Source: Glycera tridactyla (taxonomy: Eukaryota). From it: DNA of 64,000 nt. Positions 50,200 through 60,742 of this stretch are shown here, piece after piece (positions within the stretch are counted from its first letter, which is position 1; each line of letters opens with the position of its first letter). The stretch is taken from contig OZ286473.1 in assembly GCA_965644265.1 (NCBI GenBank), positions 24,738,001 through 24,802,000 on the forward strand. The letters are read 5' to 3'. The notes under the pieces are model-generated. The model worked only from the letters and a program-made list of their open reading frames with translations, was not told where the DNA came from and made no database searches. The position numbers were made by a program, and so were the translations under genes.

Positions 50200-51715
50200 G
50201 ACGTGGTTAGAGGGTTACAATGAAGGTGAGAAGTCTTTCCTGATTCAAGGGTTCTTAAAGGGTTTTGACATTGGGTTCAAGGGTACATCTCCAGGGTACA
50301 GGGCTAGAAACTCGGCATCTGTACAGGGCAAGGAAGGGATAGTACGGCACTTGATCATGGAAGAAGTAAAGTTGGGTCGAATCCAAGGTCCATTCTTGGA
50401 ACCTCCTTTTATAAATTTACAAGTGTCCCCTATTGCCATAGTACCTAAAGCTGAACCAGGTGTATATAGACTACTACACAATTTGTTGGCTCCGTATAAT
50501 GAGTTTTCGATTAATGCCAATATTCCGGATGCGTTAGCTTCGGTTCATTATACTACTATACAGTCAGTAGTTGACCATGTTATTGATATCGGGAAAAATG
50601 CATACCTTTGCAAATCAGACATCAAATCTGCTTTCAGAATCATTCCAATTGCTCCTCATCAATATCATTTGATGGGCATGAAATTGGGACCGGAGTATTT
50701 CGTAAACTGTTGTTTAGCGATGGGTGGAAGGTCTTCTTGCCGGTTGTTTGAAAAATTTTCAACGGCTATTCATTGGATTTGTGTCAATAAGCTGGATATA
50801 TCACGAATATCACATATGCTTGACGATTTTTGCATAATTGCATCTGGCGAACAATCATGTCAGGAACAGTTATCACGTTTCACAAATCTATGTGAGTCAC
50901 TGGGGGTCCTGTTGTGTCCTAAGAAAACGGTCCTCCCGTCCCAAAAGATGTCCTTTTTGGGGATTGAGATTAATGTTCGAGAAGGCTATGTGAGGGTTCC
51001 ACAAGACAAGCTGCAGAAGTATGGCCGGATCATCGATGAACTGTTACGAGCGGGTTTTTGCACCATGGGGGACATGAGATCTTTGATAGGAAAATTAAAC
51101 TGGTGTTCGTCATTGGTTAAACCAGGGAGGACATTTCTCAGGGGTCTTATAGACTCTATGAAAGGTTTTAAAAACCCAACCCATTTGGTCTCATTTTCCA
51201 AAGAGGTAGAGGCTGATCTTGTCATGTGGAAAGAGTTTCTACAAGCATACAATGGGTATTCCTTCTTACGAGAGTTGACTATAAATCGTCATGTCTCTGA
51301 GCATTTGTATTCTGATGCCTCAAAACATGGTGCGGGAGTGGTGTTCGGAAATTTGTGGTTTCAACTCAGTTTCGCAGGCACTTGGTGTGAGCAAAACATT
51401 GCGTACCTAGAGTTCTTTCCCTTCTTGGTAGCTCTAGTAACTTTCAGATTGGCTCTGAGACATAAAGAAGTTATCATGCATTCAGACAACATGGCAGTGG
51501 TTGAGGTCCTAAACAAACGTTCGGCCAAAGATCCTCAACTCATGAGAATCATGAGGCACATCATGCTTTTTAGTCTCCTCAATGACATTGATTTTAGAGC
51601 AATTCATTTACCAGGGGTTCAGAATATAATACCTGACTTATTGTCACGTTCTTCGGTTTCACAGGAGAAACTCAGATCTGTAGGCCTGGCTATTCACCCG
51701 GTAGCGGTTCCTTGA
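50168..51715 (+). CDS. Reverse transcriptase - RNase H (DIRS/Ngaro type), intact
   Basis: RT motifs SPIAIVPK, KSDIKSAFR, LAMGGRSS, HMLDDF, FLGIEI. RNase H residues SDAS, YLEF, SDN, PDLLSR. The frame overlaps the gag C-terminus and has no ATG near its start. Confidence 0.95.
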   Translation: MVTPVNPHHLETWLEGYNEGEKSFLIQGFLKGFDIGFKGTSPGYRARNSASVQGKEGIVRHLIMEEVKLGRIQGPFLEPPFINLQVSPIAIVPKAEPGVYRLLHNLLAPYNEFSINANIPDALASVHYTTIQSVVDHVIDIGKNAYLCKSDIKSAFRIIPIAPHQYHLMGMKLGPEYFVNCCLAMGGRSSCRLFEKFSTAIHWICVNKLDISRISHMLDDFCIIASGEQSCQEQLSRFTNLCESLGVLLCPKKTVLPSQKMSFLGIEINVREGYVRVPQDKLQKYGRIIDELLRAGFCTMGDMRSLIGKLNWCSSLVKPGRTFLRGLIDSMKGFKNPTHLVSFSKEVEADLVMWKEFLQAYNGYSFLRELTINRHVSEHLYSDASKHGAGVVFGNLWFQLSFAGTWCEQNIAYLEFFPFLVALVTFRLALRHKEVIMHSDNMAVVEVLNKRSAKDPQLMRIMRHIMLFSLLNDIDFRAIHLPGVQNIIPDLLSRSSVSQEKLRSVGLAIHPVAVP

Positions 51716-52626
51716 GATTACAACCCCAGCTATTGCAATCCATGGTAGACACGCTTATAGAGGATTCTTTTGCGAGATCTACTATAACCAGTTATAAAAA
51801 GGTTTGGGATGAGTTTTGCTCATTTGTTACTTTGTATAATTTAGACTTATCACATACAACCATCTGCCTGTATGTAGCGCATCTACATGAGCAAGGGCTG
51901 AAGGTTGCTACAATCAGATCAAGATTGTCGGCGATATCTCATGGATTTAAATCCACTAATCAGTTGGACCATTGTAAGCATTATTGTGTCCAAAGAACGG
52001 TTATGGGGATACAAAAGAATTCAAAAGGGGTTGATAAGAGGCAACCCATTAATCTGGAAGTTCTAGATAGACTTATAGAAGGGGTTTTTAGAGTAGCAAA
52101 GAATTACGAGGAAGCCATGCTAGTAGCAACCTTGTTCTCTTGGGCATATCATTTTTGTTTCCGCATATCTGAGTATGCAAAAACCGGAACCAGCGACCAT
52201 ACGGTGAGACTAAGTGATCTCGAGCAAGCATTAGACAGAGGGCAGATTGTTGCTTTCAGACTCACTTTGAGGTCATATAAGTTCTCGACGGGGGCTAGGA
52301 TTTTCGTTTTGTGTCAAAAACCAGGTATAAGATACTGTCCTGTAGACTTAATGACCAAATATCTTATTACAAGAGGTAACGTAGAGGGACCTATTTTTGT
52401 CCGGAATAATGTTGGGATCTCGAGCCAGTATGTCAATAATTGGATAAAGGTCCTAGGAAACCCAATATTTGGGATTGGACATAACCTTAGCAGTCATTCT
52501 TTTCATATTGGACGCTGTTCTGATTGGGTTGAAGAAGGATGTTCCAATGAGCAGATTCATCTAAAAGGTAGATGGGCTTCTTCCGCTTTCCAGGGTTATG
52601 CCCGTCCTGAATCCATTAGAATGTAG
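51712..52626 (+). CDS. Tyrosine recombinase (integrase) of the retroelement; catalytic HxxR Arg replaced by His
   Basis: N-terminal SAM-like region, FRISE (Arg I), SYK, HSFHIG instead of HSFRIG, GRW and terminal FQGY. Likely start ATG 51742. Confidence 0.93.
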   Translation: MRLQPQLLQSMVDTLIEDSFARSTITSYKKVWDEFCSFVTLYNLDLSHTTICLYVAHLHEQGLKVATIRSRLSAISHGFKSTNQLDHCKHYCVQRTVMGIQKNSKGVDKRQPINLEVLDRLIEGVFRVAKNYEEAMLVATLFSWAYHFCFRISEYAKTGTSDHTVRLSDLEQALDRGQIVAFRLTLRSYKFSTGARIFVLCQKPGIRYCPVDLMTKYLITRGNVEGPIFVRNNVGISSQYVNNWIKVLGNPIFGIGHNLSSHSFHIGRCSDWVEEGCSNEQIHLKGRWASSAFQGYARPESIRM

Positions 52627-54059
52627 GGCCGCAGCTCAGGAAGTTTGGTTAGTGGGTAGGGCCGTCCGTCCCTCACTTGCGTCCTGGGACCCTTGCTAAG
52701 TTGGAGCCCTGTATTTCTTCCGGGAAGGATGGTCCTTGCTGTTGTCCGTCTAGGGTCCATGACCTTAGTTGACTTGTATACGCTCTATTGATGTTTCTTT
52801 TCATTTAGGTGAATTTTGAAAAAAGGGGGAAAAAGTAGATATTACTTAATTTTTGGGTCTTAATTTTCAAAAAATCTGGGTTGGGGGGGAAGGGGGTGGG
52901 GAGACATGACTTGTCGACACTCATGTGTCTTGTACATACTGTGTATATGGTCCTTGAATACATTCAAGCCACGACACTTTGGTGTCTAGTATTTACATGA
53001 GGCAATTCATTGGTCCGAAGCCTAGTGGCTTCTTGTCATTGTGTGTGGATCACTGATGCACCTGGTGATGCATGTGCATCATTATGTTAAGACTCGGGGT
53101 CAAGGCCAGAGTCTGTCAGCGCACTGTGCCTTTGGGCACGTTTAGGCCACTTAAACAAAATTACAGCCAGTAGGGCTATTGTGGTGTTCAAAGGCACACG
53201 TGCAAAGCTTTGTTACAATATTCGCCAAATACATACATATGAAATGATGTTTGACTCTGTGTTCAATTATGGAATCACTAAGCCAAATCTGTGGTCGTGG
53301 TTCAGGAGAGAACTTGTGTTTAGGGGGTGTGAGAGTGAAGACAGAAACATAGGTATTTGCAAAGCTGGATGATTGAGAAAGGCTGTGCTGTTGTGACTGA
53401 AAGAAGTGGTCAAAAAAGAATGCGTTGGGTTACAGAGGAGCTGACCTATTAATGAGGGCAAAGATGAAAGTGTTGTCAATTCAGGGGACTGTTTCACAAC
53501 ACAGATATAGTGTATGTGCCAAAATATGCCCAAAAATGCATGCAAAATCAAAAAAAGGGCAATAACTCCTTACAAAATGATTCAATCATAAAACCCTGAC
53601 AATATGCACTGCAGAACCTTATGATGATTATTCTGTGAAACTCTGGTGAATATCGCATGTAAAATGAACGAGAAATTGCACAGTCAAGAAAGTGTGACGG
53701 ACTGACGGACGGCCACTATTTTAATATCCCTACGCCTTTCAGCGAGGGATAATAACACATCGAATTGTCATAATCAGATGAGGTGTGTTGAGAGAACTGA
53801 CCTAATGAGATTATCAACGCCGGGTGGCGTACGAGCTTTAATCGACATATAGGGCCATCTGTTGATTATACAGTTTCGTGGTAGTATTACATATATTTGT
53901 GACTTCAAAGTCCCTACGAATCAGGCAAGCGCTTTGAGTGTGCTTTGACCACTTCACCTCCTGTAATCTTCATGGGGGAAGAATTAGCGATTTGGCAAGT
54001 ATCAACCCATCATTGGACCGCTTCCAAGGTAGATGTGCAATGAGTTCAAGAAAGAAAGG

Positions 54060-54360
54060 CTTTCGTCTGTCTGAGGTTCAACAGCATGCATCAACCCTTG
54101 GGTTATGTATGCCATGTGTTCCTGGTTAATGAGAGCTAGATGCTCTCTCCCCTGCAGGCATCACTCTCACAAACCCTGAACACAAGATGATGGGGAACCT
54201 GAAAATTTGTCGAGTGGAAGTAGCTGACAGTTCAGACACACTTGTACCTAATCTGAACATACGTGATAAACCTATGCTGGCATATCTAACTATGTGGCTG
54301 GCCGGAAGGTAACACCAAAGCCTGATAGCAATGGGTTTTTTCCGCAAAGCGCAGCTCAAG
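54060..54360 (-). mobile_element. R1 copy
   Basis: Same core sequence. Confidence 0.8.
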
Positions 54361-55518
54361 AAGGGAAGACTACAACAGTGATTTTTTTCATAACTTTCCC
54401 AGGATAACTGAAGGACATTTTGTTTGAATATCTTGTACTTCCGNNNNNNNNNNNNNNNNNNNNNNNNNNNNNNNNNNNNNNNNNNNNNNNNNNNNNNNNN
54501 NNNNNNNNNNNNNNNNNNNNNNNNNNNNNNNNNNNNNNNNNNNNNNNNNNNNNNNNNNNNNNNNNNNNNNNNNNNNNNNNNNNNNNNNNTCAACGCATTT
54601 ATCGGCATGAACATGTGATTGTTCTCTCCAGTATAAACTCTCAGTTACAGTATGCATTCTGGATTATACTTCAGGAGATTATGACATCATGGATCATAAA
54701 GAAAATCTCAAATGGATTCAAAGACTTTGTAAGGCCAAAGGTCATTATATCGGGACTCAAAAATCCAGTCCTGATAGTTCACCAAACTGCCGATGGTTTT
54801 CTCCATAGCTGCCAGTTGTGAGATGGCATGCGCGTTGATTTTATCACTTCATTATTTGTATCATTTTATCCCGTTAACTCAATACTTTATGAGAAATTAT
54901 GTATTTACTTGGAGTGAAAGTCCAGTAGCGATAGTTCACAAATCACTGAATTTCCAGTGACAATTGTTGACAAAATTTCAAAGATTAGGGATGTATTTTT
55001 TTCAGAAATTTAAGGACTCACAGCAATTTGTGAAGACTTTTTTTTCACAGATTACAGCATTTATCAAGGCAGCAATCATATATGAAGACTTTGAAGACAT
55101 CTGCCCACACAATTCTATTAGTGGAAATGTGTATCTTCTCTATTCTGTTCTGTGCCATCAAAATTTCTTTTCGCTGCTCAAATAATGGGCACAGGTGTGA
55201 GCAGCTGACAGCTGCCTACATCGTACAACTACTGTACTCCCCGACCACATGAGTTCAGGCCTGTGAGCACATCCGTGGCGCTGCAGAGACAGGACATACA
55301 CCTGAGGCATGACGGGGGCCTTAAACGTTATGCACTTCAGGATAATTCTAGGCGATTATTAAGTAAATCAATCGTAGGTTAAACATCCAAGTGATGTTTG
55401 ATTCAGCTCATATCTTGTACGAGTTGATCGATGGATCAAGAAACGTCTGATGATTAAGTGGAAATATGTTGCCTGATTCAAATCGCCTTTGAGAAATCAT
55501 ACCGATGTCATGCATGTA

Positions 55519-55696
55519 CAAACAAACTTTCTCAAAAGACCACCTCTCTATAAAGACCACCTTTCTATAAAGGCCACCCTGAGCTGCAACCATGGTAGTA
55601 CTTTCAACAGTAAATGACCTCGTTATAAAGACCACCTGCCTATAAAGGTCTCTTTTCAATGCAACCATAGGCAGTCTCTATAGACAGGTTCGACTG
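55519..55696. mobile_element. MITE copy
   Basis: Ends AGGTTCGACTG-TA. The internal CCCTGAGCTGCAACCATGGTAGTA block matches the 30548 copy. Confidence 0.8.
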
Positions 55697-58109
55697 TATG
55701 TCTATATATCATCTTCAAAATCCATCTCACAGAGTTTAAATGCTTATGGTGGATTTCGCTATGAAGTTATCTTCCAGAGAAAAAAATATATGGGGTCATG
55801 GTTCAAATGAATTGTCCACGTGCCATTCAATTTGAGGACATCCATCTTGAGTGCAATGAAGGATCTTGGTGATTCACTTGTTGACAATAGGTGTTATCTC
55901 ACTATACCTTAAGAGGGTTACAGCGTATTGCATGAACATCCAGACTGCACATCTTTCAGGGATGTGATTTCCAGATTTCTGTCCTGTGCAGCAATCCACG
56001 CATGTGCTGGAAAAAACCTACCTTATCCTGATTATTTCGGATTTTAGATCATGATAATCGGACCAGAATAAGTGGAGATAGCGCCTTTGTTTATATGCAG
56101 TTAAAGTAGCCTTTAAATAGCAGTTGTTGGGGTTTCTTGGTCCACAAAATCTCGGTGAAAAGCGCCCACGGGCTGGAATCCGGGGTTTTTGGTTGTGAAC
56201 TAATCTCATCTCTGAACTTCAGTATGGGATCAAAGGTCAGTGAGGGTAGCTGACACACCACAAAATCCATCATAATATAATGGCTACTTTGACTGCATGT
56301 AAACTATGTGCTCTATATTCACTAATTCTGGTCCGATTTTCGTTATCTAAGGTCCAAAATAATCAGCGTGAGATGTCCGTTCTCGCATGTGCATAGATTG
56401 CTAAATCTGTGATCGGAAATCCGGGAATCGCCCCTGAAAGTTGTGCACGGGCAATATGCTGTATATAGTGAAATGCAGTCGGGGGAGGGGCAGCTGGGAC
56501 CGGAAGTCACATCAGTGCGCACTCTGGTGGCGACACGGAGAATCTCTCTAGCGTTCTCGCGTGCTCGCATATCTTCACGCGAGATTCGCGTTTAGTTCCG
56601 GCGCCAGAAAAATGAGGCTGGCGTAGATGGCACGATGCTGACCTTTACAGCAATCTAACGGGAATCTCGCTCGATGATGCCAGTACATTCTCTCATGTCA
56701 CTAATGCCATCCATGCTATACTCAATCCTGGTCTTGCCAATTGATATATATATATATTCTATGTTTGGGGCCTGAATGTCAATCTATTGCATGATTTTTT
56801 TTATGATTATCATACGATCTGAAATAACGGCTTTCATCTGAACCATCCATAGTACAAGGATGAAAGTCGCTATCATTAAAAATATCTGATATCGGTCTTC
56901 GACTCGAAATATTCATCTTGATCAAAATATCTGAGATTGTGACTTCAGATGATTATCTGAAAACTTTCATCACTGATGGTATACCCAATCCAGATCTTGT
57001 CAATTGATCGTAGTAACATGTCTCCATCGTAAAGCTTCATATTATAACGGGCGTAACGAAAGTATAGTTCTATAAATATACAAGTCTGATAGACATCCGA
57101 AATTATCATCATCACACTTCTAGTCATGGGAGTTCAACAGATGGCCCCTTTCTCCCGCAAACATCACTCTCACAAACTCTGAACACAAGAGGATGGGAAA
57201 CGAAAAGCTTGTGGAAGTAGCTGACAGTTCAGAGACACCTCTTACTCCTGAACATGAACATAAGAAACCTGAAGATCGCATATCAATCTATGTCATTGGC
57301 TGGAAGCTGACACTCAAGCCTGAAAGCGATGCTTTTTTGCAATGCGCAGAACTTGAGAGTAATGGTGGATCGTACATGGCAGTAAATGCTAAAGTCTGTC
57401 AAGCTCCGTCGTTGGTGGTACGTTTTTCGCCCTAGCATCGCGAATTCGATTCAGATTGAAATGAGACTGACTGACAGGTTTTTTCACATCTCCGACGACT
57501 AGAAATATGATCACGGTGAAATCCTCTTGTATATTTCACATTATGATGCCAAATATGTCAATTTCACGCTTGTTTCATCGCGAATGCAGCGGCCATAGCT
57601 CCGTTGTTACAGTAACACATGCAAATAATCGCCGAAAACGCCGGCGGATTCGTTGAAACAAATGCAATGAAATGATGGCGTATCAACCTCAAATGCATGC
57701 AAACTACACGATAGCAAGTCCGATAAATGCCGGAACCTACCCAATCCTTTCGTACAATCCGAAATCAAATCAGACAAGGAATTGAGAATTTAGCGTCTGA
57801 AATTGTACCCCGCCACATTTGAATTTGACAGTGTTCGGTGAATGCAAATCTGTGAAATTGGCCCGAGCAGCTTAATGAGTAAATGCATGCTTGCGTGACT
57901 CCATTCAACGTTCTCTGATCTTCTCAGGATCCGAGTAACTCGAAACTTTAAATCACCAGAGACAGATGAAAATTGAAGCAAGACACGTTGATCACCGCCG
58001 CCGATGAAAATTGAGAGTCACGTTCACACGCTGTTCACCGCCGCCGACAAATGAAGTGAGTTTTCATCTCTTGTCCACACTTTCAAGCACTGCGCATTGC
58101 AAAACGAAA

Positions 58110-58385
58110 AGCATGGCTATCAGGTTTGAGTGTTAGCTTCCAACCAGTTACATAGTGAAATATGCCATCTTCAGGTTCATTATGTTCATGTTGTGTGGTT
58201 AGAGGGCTATCTGAACTGGCCGCGGCCTCCGCTTGACAACCTCTCTGGCTCTCCACTATCTTGTGTTCAGGGTTTGTGACAGTGATGTCTGCAGGGAAGA
58301 GAACGTCTAGCTTTCATTGACTAGGAACACATGGCATACATAATCTTCTAGGATGATACATGCCGTTAAACCTCAAACAAACTGA
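58110..58385 (+). mobile_element. R1 copy in opposite orientation
   Basis: Ends GATACATGCCGTTAAACCTCAAACAA. A similar reverse copy lies at ~28680-28830. Confidence 0.78.
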
Positions 58386-59864
58386 CAAAAACTCTCAAAA
58401 ATCTCTGAACGCCCAGTCATCAAGAAAGGCACACTCATTTCCAAGGAATCAAGTGCATGGCGATCAGGATATCGTATCGGCCGTGTTTATGGGAGTCTAT
58501 ATAGCTGTAATCACGTGAAAGAATCACTGCTTTCCTTCGCGAAGAGTAGGGTATTACCCCCGGCAGTGGTGTCTCTCTTCTTCAGCATCCTCAGTCATAT
58601 ATGATTTGAAATACATTAATCCAACGCCATCCCCTCTCCCACAATCTTGTTGTCTGTTCCTTTTGATGACATTATTGCTACAGGTGTCAACATATCCAGG
58701 AAATGGGTGGGCAGCATACTACAGAAATATAATGTTCAAAGTATACCTAGCCATGTTCGTCTGGGCTTCATTATGTTTTTATTCACATGTGTTCATGTAT
58801 ATGTGTATGTTAACTCGTTAGAGCTGGAGAAATCTCGTCTAGGGCAAAATGCGTAATTCTTTTTCATATTCATATATATGTTTACAAGTTCAAATGCAGT
58901 TGATTTGTTCTCGACATTGAATGTGCTACTTGCTCGAGATAAAGGCAAACATACAAGATAGACTACTAGTTGCCAAAAGATGCTCTCTGATATGCCAACC
59001 CCCGCGATGGAATAATGTCGGGTGAATCTGGACTTTATGGATGGTTGGTGTGGCTCAGACTATTAGGGGCAAAAGAACATAGATTATCATCTCATGCGCC
59101 ACAGACATTGTATCACATGATCCAACGGTAAACGCACCGAATTAACAGTATGTGTTCTTCTTGATGAGGATGATACCTTCCCTGTCATTAGTTTCGTGAA
59201 ATGTTTTGTTAGTTTGAGAATTCCTGATAAAGATTTCACCACCGTATCGAATGCATATACAGCATAAATATGATTGACAAGTTGTTTCGCGTCTCAAATG
59301 AGGAAATAGAACATTATCATATATAGCGCTATGGTGATCTGCTATATCAAAGGAATGATGTTCTATGGCATTTCTGAGGATGTGGAAAAGTCATTGTTAG
59401 CATCACTGATATTTTGAGTGAGTATAGTGCGAGAGTCGAACGTCCAGTGACCAAAAGTGGTGTTAGGACGTGGGCGTCGTGAGCGTCCAGAGCCGGAAAA
59501 TGACACCTCATCATGTATGCTCAAATGGGGAGGGGGGGCGGCAAAAGTGTAGGAAAATCACAGATACTTGACACTAAGTGAAGGTTGTTGGGTGATCCTT
59601 GCTTAAGGTCACGTCAGCTCCAGTTGTGCTATATTGTGACCCCTATGCAATGGGCATGGGTTCGACATTGGGTCCCAAATGAAGGCAAAGATTCATGAAA
59701 TCCGCAGACACTAAAGGTGTAATTTCCGTTATCATTGGGGTGACATCATCGAAAGTGTTGCTCAGGTTAGAAAGTGGCTTAGGACAAATCTTGCTTAGGA
59801 CAAGTTAGACTGTATATGCAAATATGAAAAATGGGACAGGCATCTCGTATTTCTTTATAAGAAT

Positions 59865-60742
59865 CCCAGATAGCATGCCGACGTCCACTGGACGTCCTAG
59901 GACGTCGGAATCGTCGGAGGTCCGAATTCGGACGTCCATTAGACGTCGTATGGACGTCAGAAGAATGACGTCGAATTTCAGACGTCCGTTGGACGTCCAA
60001 CGGACGTCGGGAAGATTGCAATGGTTCAAGCAGTATTGATGGTCATAATTTAGACGTCCAACAGACGTCCAGTGGACGTCCGTGAATCGACGTGAGTTTG
60101 GACGTCCATTGGACGTCCAATGGACGTCTAATGAACGTCCAACACAGACGTCCAATGGACGTCCAGCCGATGTCACAAAAAGTAGTCCCGAAAATGATAT
60201 TTTACAAGCTGTAAGTGAGTACATGCAAATCAAACTATCTTGTCAGTATGAAGAATGATGTTTTTGAATTTTTGATCTCATTTGCATGTATATACCAGTT
60301 GAATTTTGTCCAAATTTGTCCAAATTTGTCCAAATTTATTCAAGGCCTATCTTAGAATCCAGAACATCCTTTATACTAAGGCGGATGTTCGACCCAAGCA
60401 GAAGCAGCAACAGTTGCCATGGACGTCCATCAGACGTCCTACAGACCTTTGATCGACGTCCACCAGACGTCCATTGGACCTCTCTCATGGACGTCCACAA
60501 GACGTCCATTGGACGTCCACAGGACCAATGTCCGTCGGCGCAGTAGGATCAGAAAACTAAGCACTGGGCTGACGTCCACTGGACGTCCTGTGGACGTCCA
60601 CTTTTGGACGTCCATAGGACGTCTATTGGACCAAAAACGCCTCGAGACAAAATGACGTCCAATGGACGTCCGGAGTGGACGTCCTCTGGACGTACCGCCG
60701 ACGTCCATAGGACGTCCAATGGACGTCGGCGTGCTAACTGGG
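59865..60742. mobile_element. Non-autonomous CMC/EnSpm-like DNA transposon with GACGTC subterminal arrays
   Basis: 22-bp TIR CCCAGATAGCATGCCGACGTCC / GGACGTCGGCGTGCTAACTGGG (2 mismatches), 2-bp AT duplication on both sides, roughly 35 GACGTC hexamers in two blocks. Confidence 0.8.

Larger units (their letters stand above)
47270..53160 (+). mobile_element. Tyrosine-recombinase retrotransposon (Ngaro-like, DIRS order) with 5' SGNH hydrolase; decayed copy
   Basis: Co-oriented SGNH, gag (C-terminal Cys/His knuckle), RT-RNase H and tyrosine recombinase ORFs. No methyltransferase domain between RNase H and YR, as in Ngaro rather than DIRS1/PAT. Ends not defined by repeats. Confidence 0.92.
46797..53755. 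mobile_element. Helentron-type non-autonomous element (HINE/DINE-like) enclosing the retrotransposon
   Basis: AACAAG start. Subterminal TATCCCTCGC (46821-46830) is the exact reverse complement of GCGAGGGATA (53742-53751), which is one arm of a terminal hairpin. AAAGGGCAATAACTCC occurs on both sides; internal (CA)n. Confidence 0.55.

Noticed and set aside
47491-53151. 11-bp match TTTAGGCCACT at 47491 and 53141 as a recombination site or terminal repeat
   Set aside because: The first copy is inside the SGNH coding sequence and the length is within chance expectation.
56780-59320. Coding-like stretches at ~56780-57130 (minus) and ~58950-59320 (plus)
   Set aside because: Multiple stops and no motif I can recognise; a TBLASTX search would be needed.
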